DNA of 64,000 nucleotides from an uncultured Candidatus Poseidoniales archaeon (lineage in GTDB: Archaea > Thermoplasmatota > Poseidoniia > Poseidoniales > Thalassarchaeaceae): assembly GCA_964618995.1 (NCBI GenBank), contig CAZUBQ010000004.1:14601-78600 (forward strand), read 5' to 3'. The notes beneath the pieces were generated by a model. That model made no database searches. It was given only the letters and a program-made list of their open reading frames with translations, and was not told the origin of the DNA. Below are positions 27,085-36,507 of this stretch, one piece after another. Each line of letters starts with the position of its first letter. The stretch's first letter is position 1. The position numbers and the translations under genes are program-made.

Positions 27085-28356
27085 ATGCCCAGACCGCCGG
27101 TCGCCGACCCTATGTCCAGTGATGAGGCGGCCGATGAGGCGGATTCTGTCCACATCATGGGCGCCGGTCTGTCAGGGCTTGCGGCGGCTATCACACTGGC
27201 GAATGCCGGGCGAGAGGTGCACGTGCACGACATCCGTGAGGACTCCGGAGCGCGCTTCGACGGTGACTTCCAGGGGTTAGAGAACTGGACAAGCGACTCT
27301 GATTTCGTAGATGAACTGGCTACTTGGGGAATCGACCTATCAGATTTCAAGACGACGGACTTCCACACCATCGACCTCATCCATCCAGACGACGAGATTA
27401 CCAAGGCGTGGAGTCCGAAGGTAGCCTTCCGTGTAGTTGAACGTGGCACTGCTTCCCATACCATCGACCAGAGCCTGAAACGCCAGGCACTCGCCGCTGG
27501 AGTGAATCTGCACTACAAGTCGCGGGTGGACCCAGAGGACTGCCGCATTGTGGCGGCGGGTCCGAAGGATACCTCGGCGTTGGCGTTCTGCGAGGTGTTC
27601 GAGACCTCGTATCCGAACACGGTCGCCTTCCATTTCAACGACAAACTCGCCCCGGGAGCCTACGCCTACATGATCGTCATCGACGGCGTCGGCCTCATCT
27701 GCTCCTGCCTGTGGCGCAAACAGAAGCGCAACGAACGCTTCCTGAACGAGACACTGGCGTGGTACGATAAGCACTATCCAGAGTTGGAACGGAAGTCAGT
27801 GAAGCGGATTGGAGGCAAGGGAGACTTCACCCTCAATCGGCGCTACAAGGTGAACGGCCGCTATTATGTCGGCGAGGCGGGTGGCCTGCAGGACTTCATG
27901 TGGGGATTCGGGATGCGTTACGCCATCACCAGCGGTGTACTGGCGGCGCAGGACATCTTGGGCGAGTGCGACTACGAGACCGAAGTTCGGCGACGGCTTC
28001 TGCCGACGGTTCGCACGAGCGTCTCCAATCGCTGGCTGATGAACCGGGTGAGCAACCGCTCCTTCAAGCGCTTGGCGAAGGCTTGGATGAAAGATCAGGA
28101 GAAGCGGCAGGATGGATTGCCGTTCATTGAGAAGATGTTCCGCCCCGACGCATTCCGCTGGCTGATCTACAACCTGTTCGCTCGCTGGGTGCTGAAGCGG
28201 GTGGACACCGGTGATGGGAGGGTGATTCACCGTCTGCCCTACCGAGGTGCGCTCAAGCGGGACGAGTGGGATCCATCTGAAGAAGCGGTAGCTGTCGGAG
28301 AACGCTGGAAGCAGCAGCGGCGCAGGAAGAGCAGCTCTGTCGCGGAAGAAGAGTGA
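27085..28356 (+). CDS. FAD-dependent oxidoreductase of the geranylgeranyl-reductase / flavin monooxygenase-like (GGR) family.
   Basis: IMGAGLSGLAAAITLANAGREVHVHD (Rossmann GxGxxG) and a later YYVGEAGG FAD motif. Confidence 0.65.
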   Translation: MPRPPVADPMSSDEAADEADSVHIMGAGLSGLAAAITLANAGREVHVHDIREDSGARFDGDFQGLENWTSDSDFVDELATWGIDLSDFKTTDFHTIDLIHPDDEITKAWSPKVAFRVVERGTASHTIDQSLKRQALAAGVNLHYKSRVDPEDCRIVAAGPKDTSALAFCEVFETSYPNTVAFHFNDKLAPGAYAYMIVIDGVGLICSCLWRKQKRNERFLNETLAWYDKHYPELERKSVKRIGGKGDFTLNRRYKVNGRYYVGEAGGLQDFMWGFGMRYAITSGVLAAQDILGECDYETEVRRRLLPTVRTSVSNRWLMNRVSNRSFKRLAKAWMKDQEKRQDGLPFIEKMFRPDAFRWLIYNLFARWVLKRVDTGDGRVIHRLPYRGALKRDEWDPSEEAVAVGERWKQQRRRKSSSVAEEE

Positions 28357-28481
28357 GTGCCCTCAATGGATTCCCCACAAGGGGAGTGAACGCACTGTAG
28401 ACGCAGTTCTGTTACGACGGTTGGTTGATATGGACAACGCGATTCGGCCGCGGCATGACTTCGTGGCCCGAACTCGAGCCG

Positions 28482-29312
28482 ATGGACAACAACCTCGTCA
28501 ACTACGGGGTGACTGACACCGGCATCGCCATCATCGAACTCGCCTCGGACTCCGCCGGAGACCCGCTTGAGCCAGACAAGATTGGCCCGAACACCTACAC
28601 CCACGAGATGATGCGCGACATCGACAGCGCTGTCGTACGCGCCCGCTTCGACGACGACGTGCACGTCATCATCATCACTGGTCACGGGGAGAAGTTCTTC
28701 AGTGCCGGAGCGAGCATCCAGATGCTCGACAAGGTCACTCCCGGATTCAAGTACAATTTCTGCCTGCATGCCAACGAGACCCTCTCCCGCCTTGAGCAGA
28801 CCCCTAAGCTGGTCATCGCCGCCATCAACGGCCACGCGGTCGGCGGTGGGCTGGAGATCGCCATGGCAGCGGACATCCGCATCGCGCGCAAGGACGCTGG
28901 CAAGTGCGGCCTACCAGAGATCAACCTCGGGGTGCTGGCTGGAACTGGCGGAACAGCAAGGCTGGCGCGGCTCATCGGCAAGGCGCGGGCGCTGGAATAT
29001 CTGGTCAGTGGCGAGTTGATGGCATTCGAGAAGGCGGAGGAGATGAACCTCGTCAACCATGTCTGGGACGGCTCGCTGGCCGAGTTCCGCCAAGACATCC
29101 TCGACTACGCCGGCCAGTTCACGCTGCCTTACAAGGCGACCCTCGCCGTTGGCAACATCAAGCGCAGCGTGCAGACCGGCATGGAGATTCCGTTCGAGTA
29201 CCATTTGGCGCTCGAACGAGAACTGCAGGCTGCTCTGTTCGGCAGCGACGACGCCAAGGAAGGCATCGCCGCCTACGTCGAGCGCCGCACGCCTCGATTC
29301 GAAGGCAAGTAA
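28482..29312 (+). CDS. Enoyl-CoA hydratase/isomerase (crotonase) family protein.
   Basis: FFSAGASIQMLD...AAINGHAVGGGLEIAMAADIRIA...PEINLGVLAGTGGTARL is the crotonase oxyanion-hole signature. Start chosen at MDNN; the ORF begins at 28425. Confidence 0.85.
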   Translation: MDNNLVNYGVTDTGIAIIELASDSAGDPLEPDKIGPNTYTHEMMRDIDSAVVRARFDDDVHVIIITGHGEKFFSAGASIQMLDKVTPGFKYNFCLHANETLSRLEQTPKLVIAAINGHAVGGGLEIAMAADIRIARKDAGKCGLPEINLGVLAGTGGTARLARLIGKARALEYLVSGELMAFEKAEEMNLVNHVWDGSLAEFRQDILDYAGQFTLPYKATLAVGNIKRSVQTGMEIPFEYHLALERELQAALFGSDDAKEGIAAYVERRTPRFEGK

Positions 29313-29375
29313 TCGCCTCACGTGCGAGCGCGGCCTGACTGTGTCAGGCCGCCACACGTTGGAAGCGTCGATTTG

Positions 29376-30563
29376 ATGAACTTCGGACAGTTCGCGCTGG
29401 TCATGGGACCGACAGAGGTGGTCGAAGAGCACGAGCCCAACTTCGAGGCTTGGATTGACCAGTTCAACGACTGGCAGACGCGCATCGGGTTCGACCCGGC
29501 ATGGCTGGGCGACTATCGATTCGAGATCAAGTTCGACTGGGACATCGCTGGCGACACCATCGAGTTCGGCGACTTCGAGGGCATGCCCAAGTGGGAACGT
29601 CGGATGCAAGTCCCACAGCAGAGCGTCCGCGACGCCATCATCAGCATGGTGAGCGTCCAGGGTGACACCGAGTTCGCAAGCGTGGAGCAGCAATGGCACC
29701 TCCTCGATTCAGCACCCACGGAGTACGACCGCAAGTCTGCGATGAGAATCATGTGCGAAGAGCAGAGACACGGCTGGCAGATGGCCTACGTGCTGTGCAA
29801 CTACTTCGGCGAGCATGGCATCCGCGAGGCACAGAAACTTCTGGAGAGAAACTCGGGCGGCAATCCTCAGCGAGAGGAGGGGGAGGGGCAGCGTCTGCTA
29901 GGTTCGTTCAACGAGCCAATCGACCACTGGCTTGATTTCTTCATGTTCACGCACTTCATCGATCGTGACGGCAAATTCCAACTGAAGATGCTCTCCACTT
30001 CCTCATTCAAGCCACTTGCCGCCAGCATGGGACCGATGCTCAAGGAGGAGTCGTTCCACCTCGGCACGGGCGCCAATGGAATCCGCCGTATCGTCAAGCA
30101 GGGAGTCATCCCGTGTTCCCTGCTGCAGAAGTACATCAACAAGTGGACCAGCACCGGCCTCGATCTGTTCGGCGTCGATGAATCCACGTCAGCGCAGTGG
30201 GCATATGTCTACGGAATCAAAGGGCGTTACGACGAGCGTGAGGTGGACACGCCAGCAGTACGTGAACACCTGAATGAGGAGAGTAGGATGCACTACTTCG
30301 AGGAACTCAACCTGGAGATGGAGCGCATCAACAAGTCACGCCACGAAGGTGAGCCTGATCTATACATCCCATCAGACAAGTTCCACCGCGGCATCGGCAA
30401 GTTCGCCGGTGTTCACCACACCACCCACGGGGAGCCGTTCGAGGGAAGCGATGAGGATTGGCAGACGTATCTCAGTGAGATGCTGCCCTCTGACGAGGAC
30501 GAGGCGACGCTCAAGGAACTGTTCAAGCAGGAATGGATCCAGTACCGCGAATGGAAGGAGTGA
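29376..30563 (+). CDS. Ferritin-like diiron oxygenase resembling benzoyl-CoA 2,3-epoxidase BoxB / the PaaA family.
   Basis: Two E...ExxH diiron motifs with the right spacing: E99, E129-QR-H132, D196, E225-SF-H228 (CEEQRHGW and LKEESFHLG), numbered from MNFGQFAL. Confidence 0.5.
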   Translation: MNFGQFALVMGPTEVVEEHEPNFEAWIDQFNDWQTRIGFDPAWLGDYRFEIKFDWDIAGDTIEFGDFEGMPKWERRMQVPQQSVRDAIISMVSVQGDTEFASVEQQWHLLDSAPTEYDRKSAMRIMCEEQRHGWQMAYVLCNYFGEHGIREAQKLLERNSGGNPQREEGEGQRLLGSFNEPIDHWLDFFMFTHFIDRDGKFQLKMLSTSSFKPLAASMGPMLKEESFHLGTGANGIRRIVKQGVIPCSLLQKYINKWTSTGLDLFGVDESTSAQWAYVYGIKGRYDEREVDTPAVREHLNEESRMHYFEELNLEMERINKSRHEGEPDLYIPSDKFHRGIGKFAGVHHTTHGEPFEGSDEDWQTYLSEMLPSDEDEATLKELFKQEWIQYREWKE

Positions 30564-30597
30564 CGCGCACGCAGGCGCGTGCCCGGGGTGTTTACGA

Positions 30598-31167
30598 ATG
30601 CGTGCATACGCGCTGCTGAACATCGACAAGGAACGGCTGCAGCCGTTCTTCGACCGCGTGCCCGAGTTATTCCATACCCACCATCACAGTGAGGCTCAAG
30701 ACCCCGAAGGGTACGAAGAGCTGCTCTACCGCCTCTATCGTCCGTACACCGGAACGATGCTCGACATGGTAGATCGCTGGGCAGTGTTCGACGAGCGTGA
30801 TTGGAGGGAGGACGTGCAACGGGAGGTGATGCTGTTCCTGTACGCCATTCGCTACCCGGACACGCTGCTGATCGAGAGTCTGACAGACAAGGCGCGCTCC
30901 GACCTGCCTCGACTGTCGACCTACCTGCACTTCACCAAGCACACCTACGCCATCTGGGACGAGGATACCCGCAAGGGACTCTGCCGGCTGGGAATGGAGA
31001 TTCCACCACTCGACTGCGCCGACCCGTACATCTACGGCGCCTACATCTCCGCCATCGAGCTGCTCAAGGACATCGCCCCCTTCACCAGCTTCCTAGAGCA
31101 CGATGTGCCTCGTCAGCGCCTGTTCCAAGCCGCTCTCGCCTCATGGGGCCGCGAGGGGGGTGACTGA
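30598..31167 (+). CDS. Hypothetical protein of about 190 aa, possibly an accessory subunit to the upstream diiron oxygenase.
   Basis: In-frame ORF directly between the BoxB-like gene and the dehydrogenase. The longer ORF (30274..31167) overlaps the upstream gene, so the start was set at MRAYALL. No motif recognised. Confidence 0.35.
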   Translation: MRAYALLNIDKERLQPFFDRVPELFHTHHHSEAQDPEGYEELLYRLYRPYTGTMLDMVDRWAVFDERDWREDVQREVMLFLYAIRYPDTLLIESLTDKARSDLPRLSTYLHFTKHTYAIWDEDTRKGLCRLGMEIPPLDCADPYIYGAYISAIELLKDIAPFTSFLEHDVPRQRLFQAALASWGREGGD

Positions 31168-32058
31168 GTGACTGTCGAACGAGTGGCCGTAATCGGTGCG
31201 GGCACGATGGGCGCCGGCATCGCGCAACTGTGCGCACAGGCCGGATGGCGCACGAACCTCTACGATGCGTTTCCCGATGGGCTGGCTGCAGGGATGCAAC
31301 GCATCTCCGACTTCTGGGATGCTGGCATCGAGCGAGGCAAGACCACCGAGGCTGAGAAACGGGGATGGTCGGCCAATCTGTACGCAGTGACCGACTTCGC
31401 AGAGGCGGTCGAGGATGCTGATCTGGTCATCGAAGCGGTGCCCGAGAATATAGAACTCAAACAGGATATCTTCGCCAGGCTGGATTCACACGCGCCCGCA
31501 CACGCGCTGTTGGCTACGAACACCTCCGGACTGGAGATCTCACAGATTGCTACCGCCACGAGCCGTCCCGAGCGGGTCATCGGGATGCATTTCTTCAATC
31601 CAGTCCCGATTATGAAATTGCTCGAACTGGTTAGACACGACGGCACCGCCGAGGACACCATCGAGGCTGCCGAGGCGGTCGGAGCCGCACTCGGAAAGAC
31701 CTGCATCGTCGTGCGCGACGTGCCCGGATTCGCCACCAGCCGGCTCGGAGTCGTGCTCGGAAACGAGGCGATTCGCATGCTCGCGGACGGCGTCGCCTCA
31801 GCCAGCGACATCGACACCGCCATGCAGTTGGGCTACAAGCACCCGCTCGGTCCGCTCGAACTAACCGATCTCGTCGGCCTTGACGTGCGTCGTGACATCC
31901 TCAACAATCTGGCCATCGCCTTCGACGATGACCGCTACCTGCCCCACCCGCTGCTCGATGCACTGGTGGCCGAAGGAAGCCTCGGTAAGAAGACTGGGAG
32001 TGGCATCTACGACTGGTCGAGCGGCCAGAAGGAAGACCGGAAACTTCCGGGCTTGTGA
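31168..32058 (+). CDS. 3-hydroxyacyl-CoA dehydrogenase (NAD-binding; FadB/PaaH/Hbd family).
   Basis: VAVIGAGTMGAGIAQL (NAD Rossmann)...NTSGL...GMHFFNPVPIMKLLELV...GFATSRL. GTG start immediately after a GGGGGG RBS. Confidence 0.9.
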   Translation: MTVERVAVIGAGTMGAGIAQLCAQAGWRTNLYDAFPDGLAAGMQRISDFWDAGIERGKTTEAEKRGWSANLYAVTDFAEAVEDADLVIEAVPENIELKQDIFARLDSHAPAHALLATNTSGLEISQIATATSRPERVIGMHFFNPVPIMKLLELVRHDGTAEDTIEAAEAVGAALGKTCIVVRDVPGFATSRLGVVLGNEAIRMLADGVASASDIDTAMQLGYKHPLGPLELTDLVGLDVRRDILNNLAIAFDDDRYLPHPLLDALVAEGSLGKKTGSGIYDWSSGQKEDRKLPGL

Positions 32059-32113
32059 CCTACCTCGCCTCTGCGGAGTCTGTGCTGTTCTCGAACCCTG
32101 AGAGGCCGAACAT

Positions 32114-32380
32114 CTAGTGAACCGGTTGATGATCAGGCGCGACCACACCATCGACATCCTCGAGGCCCCAATCCGACATGCTCCAACCTCTCTCGTGGAG
32201 GTAGTACAGTACCATCTTGGTCACTACCTCAATACTGGCTATGCCGAAACCTACCGTCCAGCTTCCAGTAATGATTCTGGCGATTAGGATGGTGTCCGTA
32301 GTTGCTATTGTTCTCCATGATAGGGTCTTAACTAAGCTGCGTGCCTTGTTTGCGTGCCCTGTTCCTTCAATGTGCGCCAT
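32114..32380 (-). CDS. DUF2061 small membrane protein.
   Basis: SLVKTLSWRTIATTDTILIARIITGSWTVGFGIASIEVVTKMVLYYLHERGW matches the DUF2061 consensus. Confidence 0.6.
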   Translation of the reverse strand: MAHIEGTGHANKARSLVKTLSWRTIATTDTILIARIITGSWTVGFGIASIEVVTKMVLYYLHERGWSMSDWGLEDVDGVVAPDHQPVH

Positions 32381-32423
32381 ACCCTTTGCTGAGCATGATG
32401 TGGGATAACCCCTCCTACGGCGA

Positions 32424-32438
32424 CGAAAACAAAAAATG
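32424..32438 (-). terminator. Oligo-T tract (minus strand), a possible archaeal terminator downstream of the crotonase gene at 32559..33341.
   Basis: Plus-strand acgaaaacaaaaaatgcgg, which reads ccgcattttttgttttcgt on the minus strand. Confidence 0.3.
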
Positions 32439-32558
32439 CGGTCGAATCGTCTCTATTACGACCGCAATCCCCTGTCCGCCGCCGATGCATGCGGTGGCGA
32501 TTCCGTAGCGGCCGCCCGAGCGGGGCAGTTCGTGTGCGAGGGTGACAGCCGACAGAAA

Positions 32559-33341
32559 TCAACTGAATTCGGGGTCGCGCTTCTCAAGGAAGGCCGCGAC
32601 GCCTTCCTTGAAATCGTCACTCATGGCGGCATCGGTGATCAACATCTGCTCAAAATCCAACTGCGGATCGAAGAACATCGAGGACTGTGAATCGAGCAAC
32701 TGCTTGGAGGCGCGTCGTGAGCGAAGCGACCACCTGCTCCAGTCCCGAGCAACCTCAATCGCCCTGTCCAGCAACTCATCGTTGTCGACGACCTCGTCCA
32801 CCGCACCGTAGGCGAGGGCTGTCTCGGGACCCCAGGTCTCGTTGTTGAAGAAGAAGCGCTTCGTTCTCTGCAGGCCGACCAGCCGCGGCAGCAGCCAAGT
32901 CGTTCCCCCGTCCGGTGTGAGCCCGAGACGAAAGAAAGCGGCGGCGAGTTTCGCGTCCGGTCCCGCCACCCGGTAATCGGCGGACAGCGCCAACCCGAGT
33001 CCGGCACCGGCAGCGGCACCATTGAGAGCGGCAACGTACACCTTCTCGGTGGTCCTGAGCCGCGACAGCAGCGGGTGAAGTATGGTTGTCAACTCGTCCA
33101 CCAAGGGGCCGATGGTCCCCGATTCCAGGTGATGCTCGAAGGCGTTGATGTCCGCGCCCGCGGAGAAGAACTGCCCTGTGCCTGTCAGAATGATGGCGCG
33201 TACGTCGTGGTCGTCCATCTGGGCGTTGAGCGCGTCTGAAATCCCCTGCATGGTATCCGCATCGAAGGCGTTCTTGGCCGATTCCGCCTCAATCCGAACC
33301 AGCGCCACCCCGCCAGCGTGCTTCTCGACTGTGAGGGCCAC
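32559..33341 (-). CDS. Enoyl-CoA hydratase (crotonase family).
   Basis: VRAIILTGTGQFFSAGADINAFE...VAALNGAAAGAGLGLALSADYRVA. Confidence 0.85.
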   Translation of the reverse strand: MALTVEKHAGGVALVRIEAESAKNAFDADTMQGISDALNAQMDDHDVRAIILTGTGQFFSAGADINAFEHHLESGTIGPLVDELTTILHPLLSRLRTTEKVYVAALNGAAAGAGLGLALSADYRVAGPDAKLAAAFFRLGLTPDGGTTWLLPRLVGLQRTKRFFFNNETWGPETALAYGAVDEVVDNDELLDRAIEVARDWSRWSLRSRRASKQLLDSQSSMFFDPQLDFEQMLITDAAMSDDFKEGVAAFLEKRDPEFS

Positions 33342-33417
33342 GTATCCCGTCCGCAGTTCTCATTCTTGAAATGCATGAATGTGATAAGACGCGGCTCAGT
33401 GGCGCGGCCGATACACG

Positions 33418-34836
33418 ATGCACACGCGCGAGCAACTCTACATCGACGGTCAGTGGGTCGAAGCCACCGGCGAAGGCGACATTCAGGTCATTGACCCCGC
33501 CACCGAGGAACTGGTGGGCTCTGTTCCGGTCGGCTCGTCAGCGGATGTGGACGCGGCCGTCGCTGCTGCTCGGCGCGCATTCCCAGAGTGGGCCCAGAGC
33601 ACCCTTGAGGAGCGGGCAGACATCCTGAATCAACTGTCGGCCCTGTTCAAGGAGCGCGGCGAGGAACTGGCTCAACTGATCACTTCCGAGGTCGGCACCC
33701 CAATCGGATACTCGCGCATGGCGATGGTCGGGACACCCAGTGTGGTGCTGCGTTCGTATGCCAAACTGCTCGCTGTTTTTGAATTCGAGGAGGAGATTCG
33801 CAACTCGTTGGTCGTCAAGGAGCCAATCGGCGTCTGCGGCATGATCACCCCGTGGAACTTCCCTCTGCACCAGATAATCGGGAAGGTTGCTCCCGCCATC
33901 GCCGCCGGCTGCACGATGGTCCTCAAACCCTCCAGGGAAGCCCCGCTCAATGCCTTCGTGCTCGCCGACATGCTCGACGAGCTCGGCCTACCTGACGGCG
34001 TGTTCAACCTCGTCAGCGGCCATGGAAGCATCGTGGGCCAAGCCTTGTCCGTACATCCAGATGTGGATCTGGTCTCCTTCACAGGCAGCACGGGCGCGGG
34101 CGTGCGCGTGAGCGAGGCTGCTGCGCCGAGTGTGAAGCGCGTGACACTCGAACTGGGCGGCAAGAGCGCCAATATCATCCTCGATGATGCGGACATCGCC
34201 ACCGCTGCCAAGGTTGCCATCAGCGCCTGCTTCGCCAACTCCGGTCAGACCTGTTCCGCACTCACCCGACTGCTGGTGCCAACCGGTGCCCGCGACGAGG
34301 TGGTGGACATCATCTCCTCCCGCATGGCAGGCTACTCCGTAGGCGACCCGCGAGACGAATCAGTGCGCTGCGGCCCGCTCGTGTCCGCCAACCAGCAGAC
34401 CAGTGTGTCGGAGTACATCTCCAGTGGAATCGAAGAGGGGGCTACCCTCATTTCTGGTGGAGAAGGAATGCCTGACGGGCTCGATTCCGGATTCTACGTC
34501 AAGCCGACGGTGTTCGCTGATGTAACACCGGACATGCGCATCTGGCGCGAGGAGATCTTCGGACCGGTGCTCGCCATCACCACCTACGACAGCGAGGAGG
34601 AGGCGGTCGCGCTGGCGAATGACTCGGAATACGGATTGTCCGGTGGAGTCTGGTCAGCCGACGAGGATCGCGCCATGTCAGTGGCACGCCAACTGCGAAC
34701 CGGACAGGTGAGCATCAACGGCGGGGCGTTCAACATCTCCGCGCCGTTCGGTGGCTACAAGATGTCAGGCAACGGCCGTGAACTGGGCGCTCACGGACTC
34801 GAGGAGTTCCTCGAAGTGAAGGCGATTCAGCGCTGA
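33418..34836 (+). CDS. NAD(P)-dependent aldehyde dehydrogenase.
   Basis: ITPWNFPL...ELGGKSANII...FANSGQTCSA...EEIFGPV are the ALDH catalytic Cys/Glu motifs. Confidence 0.9.
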   Translation: MHTREQLYIDGQWVEATGEGDIQVIDPATEELVGSVPVGSSADVDAAVAAARRAFPEWAQSTLEERADILNQLSALFKERGEELAQLITSEVGTPIGYSRMAMVGTPSVVLRSYAKLLAVFEFEEEIRNSLVVKEPIGVCGMITPWNFPLHQIIGKVAPAIAAGCTMVLKPSREAPLNAFVLADMLDELGLPDGVFNLVSGHGSIVGQALSVHPDVDLVSFTGSTGAGVRVSEAAAPSVKRVTLELGGKSANIILDDADIATAAKVAISACFANSGQTCSALTRLLVPTGARDEVVDIISSRMAGYSVGDPRDESVRCGPLVSANQQTSVSEYISSGIEEGATLISGGEGMPDGLDSGFYVKPTVFADVTPDMRIWREEIFGPVLAITTYDSEEEAVALANDSEYGLSGGVWSADEDRAMSVARQLRTGQVSINGGAFNISAPFGGYKMSGNGRELGAHGLEEFLEVKAIQR

Positions 34837-34845
34837 TAGGGAGGG

Positions 34846-35481
34846 GTGCCGATGGCCGATTCCGGTAGCGCTGACAGACCACCGAGGCTCCTGCTCATCG
34901 GAGGCGGCACAGGTGTGGGCAAGACGACCTTGGCTAAGGCCGTGGCTCACGAATACGGGTTCGGACGCATAGTCAGCACTGACACCATCCGCGAGGTGAT
35001 GCGTGCCACCTCTGGCCCTGACGCACCAACGGCTCTGAACCGCTCATCCTACGGGAATGGAGAGACCGGGGATGCGGTCACCGATTGGCTCGATGCCTGT
35101 GCTGCAGTACGACCGGGGGTCGACGCCGTCATTTCGCGGGCGCGCAGGGAAGGAGTAGATTTGGTGTTGGAGGGGGTTCATCTGGTGCCAGAGGAAGGAT
35201 TCCTACACTCATGGAATAGCCAAGGCGGCGTCGCAGTGGGCACGATCGTCACCATAGGGCATGAAGGCACACATCGAAAGCGCATCGAGCAGCGCGAGGA
35301 GCACACCTACCGAGGTCCCACTCGCTATCTAGCGGCGTTCGAACGCATTCGTGCAATCCAGCGCGGCATCGAGGAGAGAGCGGGTGGAGCAAACTGGAAA
35401 TCACTCGACAACCATTTGGAACAGAACTCTATCGAGAGGGTCGAGCAGTGGTTGACAACAGCGTGGTACCAACGGAGATAG
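34846..35481 (+). CDS. P-loop kinase of the 2-phosphoglycerate kinase family.
   Basis: LLLIGGGTGVGKTTLAKAVAHEYGFGRIVSTDTIREVMR has a Walker A followed by the STDxIREVMR block typical of archaeal 2-PGK-like kinases. Confidence 0.55.
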   Translation: MPMADSGSADRPPRLLLIGGGTGVGKTTLAKAVAHEYGFGRIVSTDTIREVMRATSGPDAPTALNRSSYGNGETGDAVTDWLDACAAVRPGVDAVISRARREGVDLVLEGVHLVPEEGFLHSWNSQGGVAVGTIVTIGHEGTHRKRIEQREEHTYRGPTRYLAAFERIRAIQRGIEERAGGANWKSLDNHLEQNSIERVEQWLTTAWYQRR

Positions 35482-35485
35482 TGGG

Positions 35486-36499
35486 ATGGGTGACGTTGAG
35501 AAGCCGGAATCCTGGCTGCCACATCTAGTCGGCCTCATCCTACCTCTAGCGATAATCTCAGGTAACCTTCTGGGTGGCTGGTTCACTCTCGGAGGTATCG
35601 TACTCGGTCTCGGCGTCTATCCGATTCTCGATGTCCTGCTGGGAACTGCAAAGCAACGCGGCGGGATTCCGACCAACGGACAACCGTTCGAACTCATCCT
35701 ATTGTTGGGCTCTCTGCTTCCATTCATCGCGCTGGGGACACTGTTCCATCGCGCCCTGTTGGATGGTTCAGTGTGGACCACTTGGACCGCTGCCCTATCC
35801 ACCGGCATAGCTACTGGACAAGGAATCATCGTTGCCCACGAATTGGGACACCGCAAGCCGAAGAGCGCTCGTTGGTGGCTGGCGCGGGTTCTGCTGTTCA
35901 GCGTTCACTATACGCACTTCACCACCGAACACAATCACAACCACCACCGTAACACCGCCATCCACGATATTGATCCGGCCAGTGCACCCTACCACCGTGG
36001 CCTGTGGGTGCAGATTGCAAGAACCGTGCCATTGCAGTTCATCTCGGCGTTCAAAATCAATCAGGAGCGCGGCAAGAAAGGTGTGCGCAATCCCGTGCTG
36101 CAGGGGTTATTTCTGCAGGTAATCGCAATCATAGCCGTTTGGCAATTGTTCGGTCAATGGGTCGCATTGGCATGGCTGGTGGCGGCGGCGTTCGCCATCA
36201 CCCTGCTCGAATTCGTGAACTACATCCGCCACTGGGGGCTCAGAAGAGAAGCAGGTGAACGACAGACGTACATGCACTCATGGCAGACTGAGGCTCGCTG
36301 GTCACGCTGGACCCTGCTTGAGCTCACCATCCACCCTGCGCATCATGTGAAGGCGAGCCTGCCGTTCTGGCAACTACGACCCTACGAAGATGCACCGACT
36401 CTCCCCGCTGGCTACTACGCCTGCTTCTGGCCCTGTGTCATACCCCCACTATGGAGACGCTGGGTCGGCAAGGGCATCCCTGCCGACCAACGAGTCTGA
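35486..36499 (+). CDS. AlkB-type integral-membrane diiron hydroxylase (alkane-1-monooxygenase / fatty-acid desaturase superfamily).
   Basis: Four His boxes in AlkB order: HELGHRK, EHNHNHH, NYIRHWGL, HPAHH. Multiple TM helices. Confidence 0.75.
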   Translation: MGDVEKPESWLPHLVGLILPLAIISGNLLGGWFTLGGIVLGLGVYPILDVLLGTAKQRGGIPTNGQPFELILLLGSLLPFIALGTLFHRALLDGSVWTTWTAALSTGIATGQGIIVAHELGHRKPKSARWWLARVLLFSVHYTHFTTEHNHNHHRNTAIHDIDPASAPYHRGLWVQIARTVPLQFISAFKINQERGKKGVRNPVLQGLFLQVIAIIAVWQLFGQWVALAWLVAAAFAITLLEFVNYIRHWGLRREAGERQTYMHSWQTEARWSRWTLLELTIHPAHHVKASLPFWQLRPYEDAPTLPAGYYACFWPCVIPPLWRRWVGKGIPADQRV

Positions 36500-36507
36500 C
36501 GTGTCGA

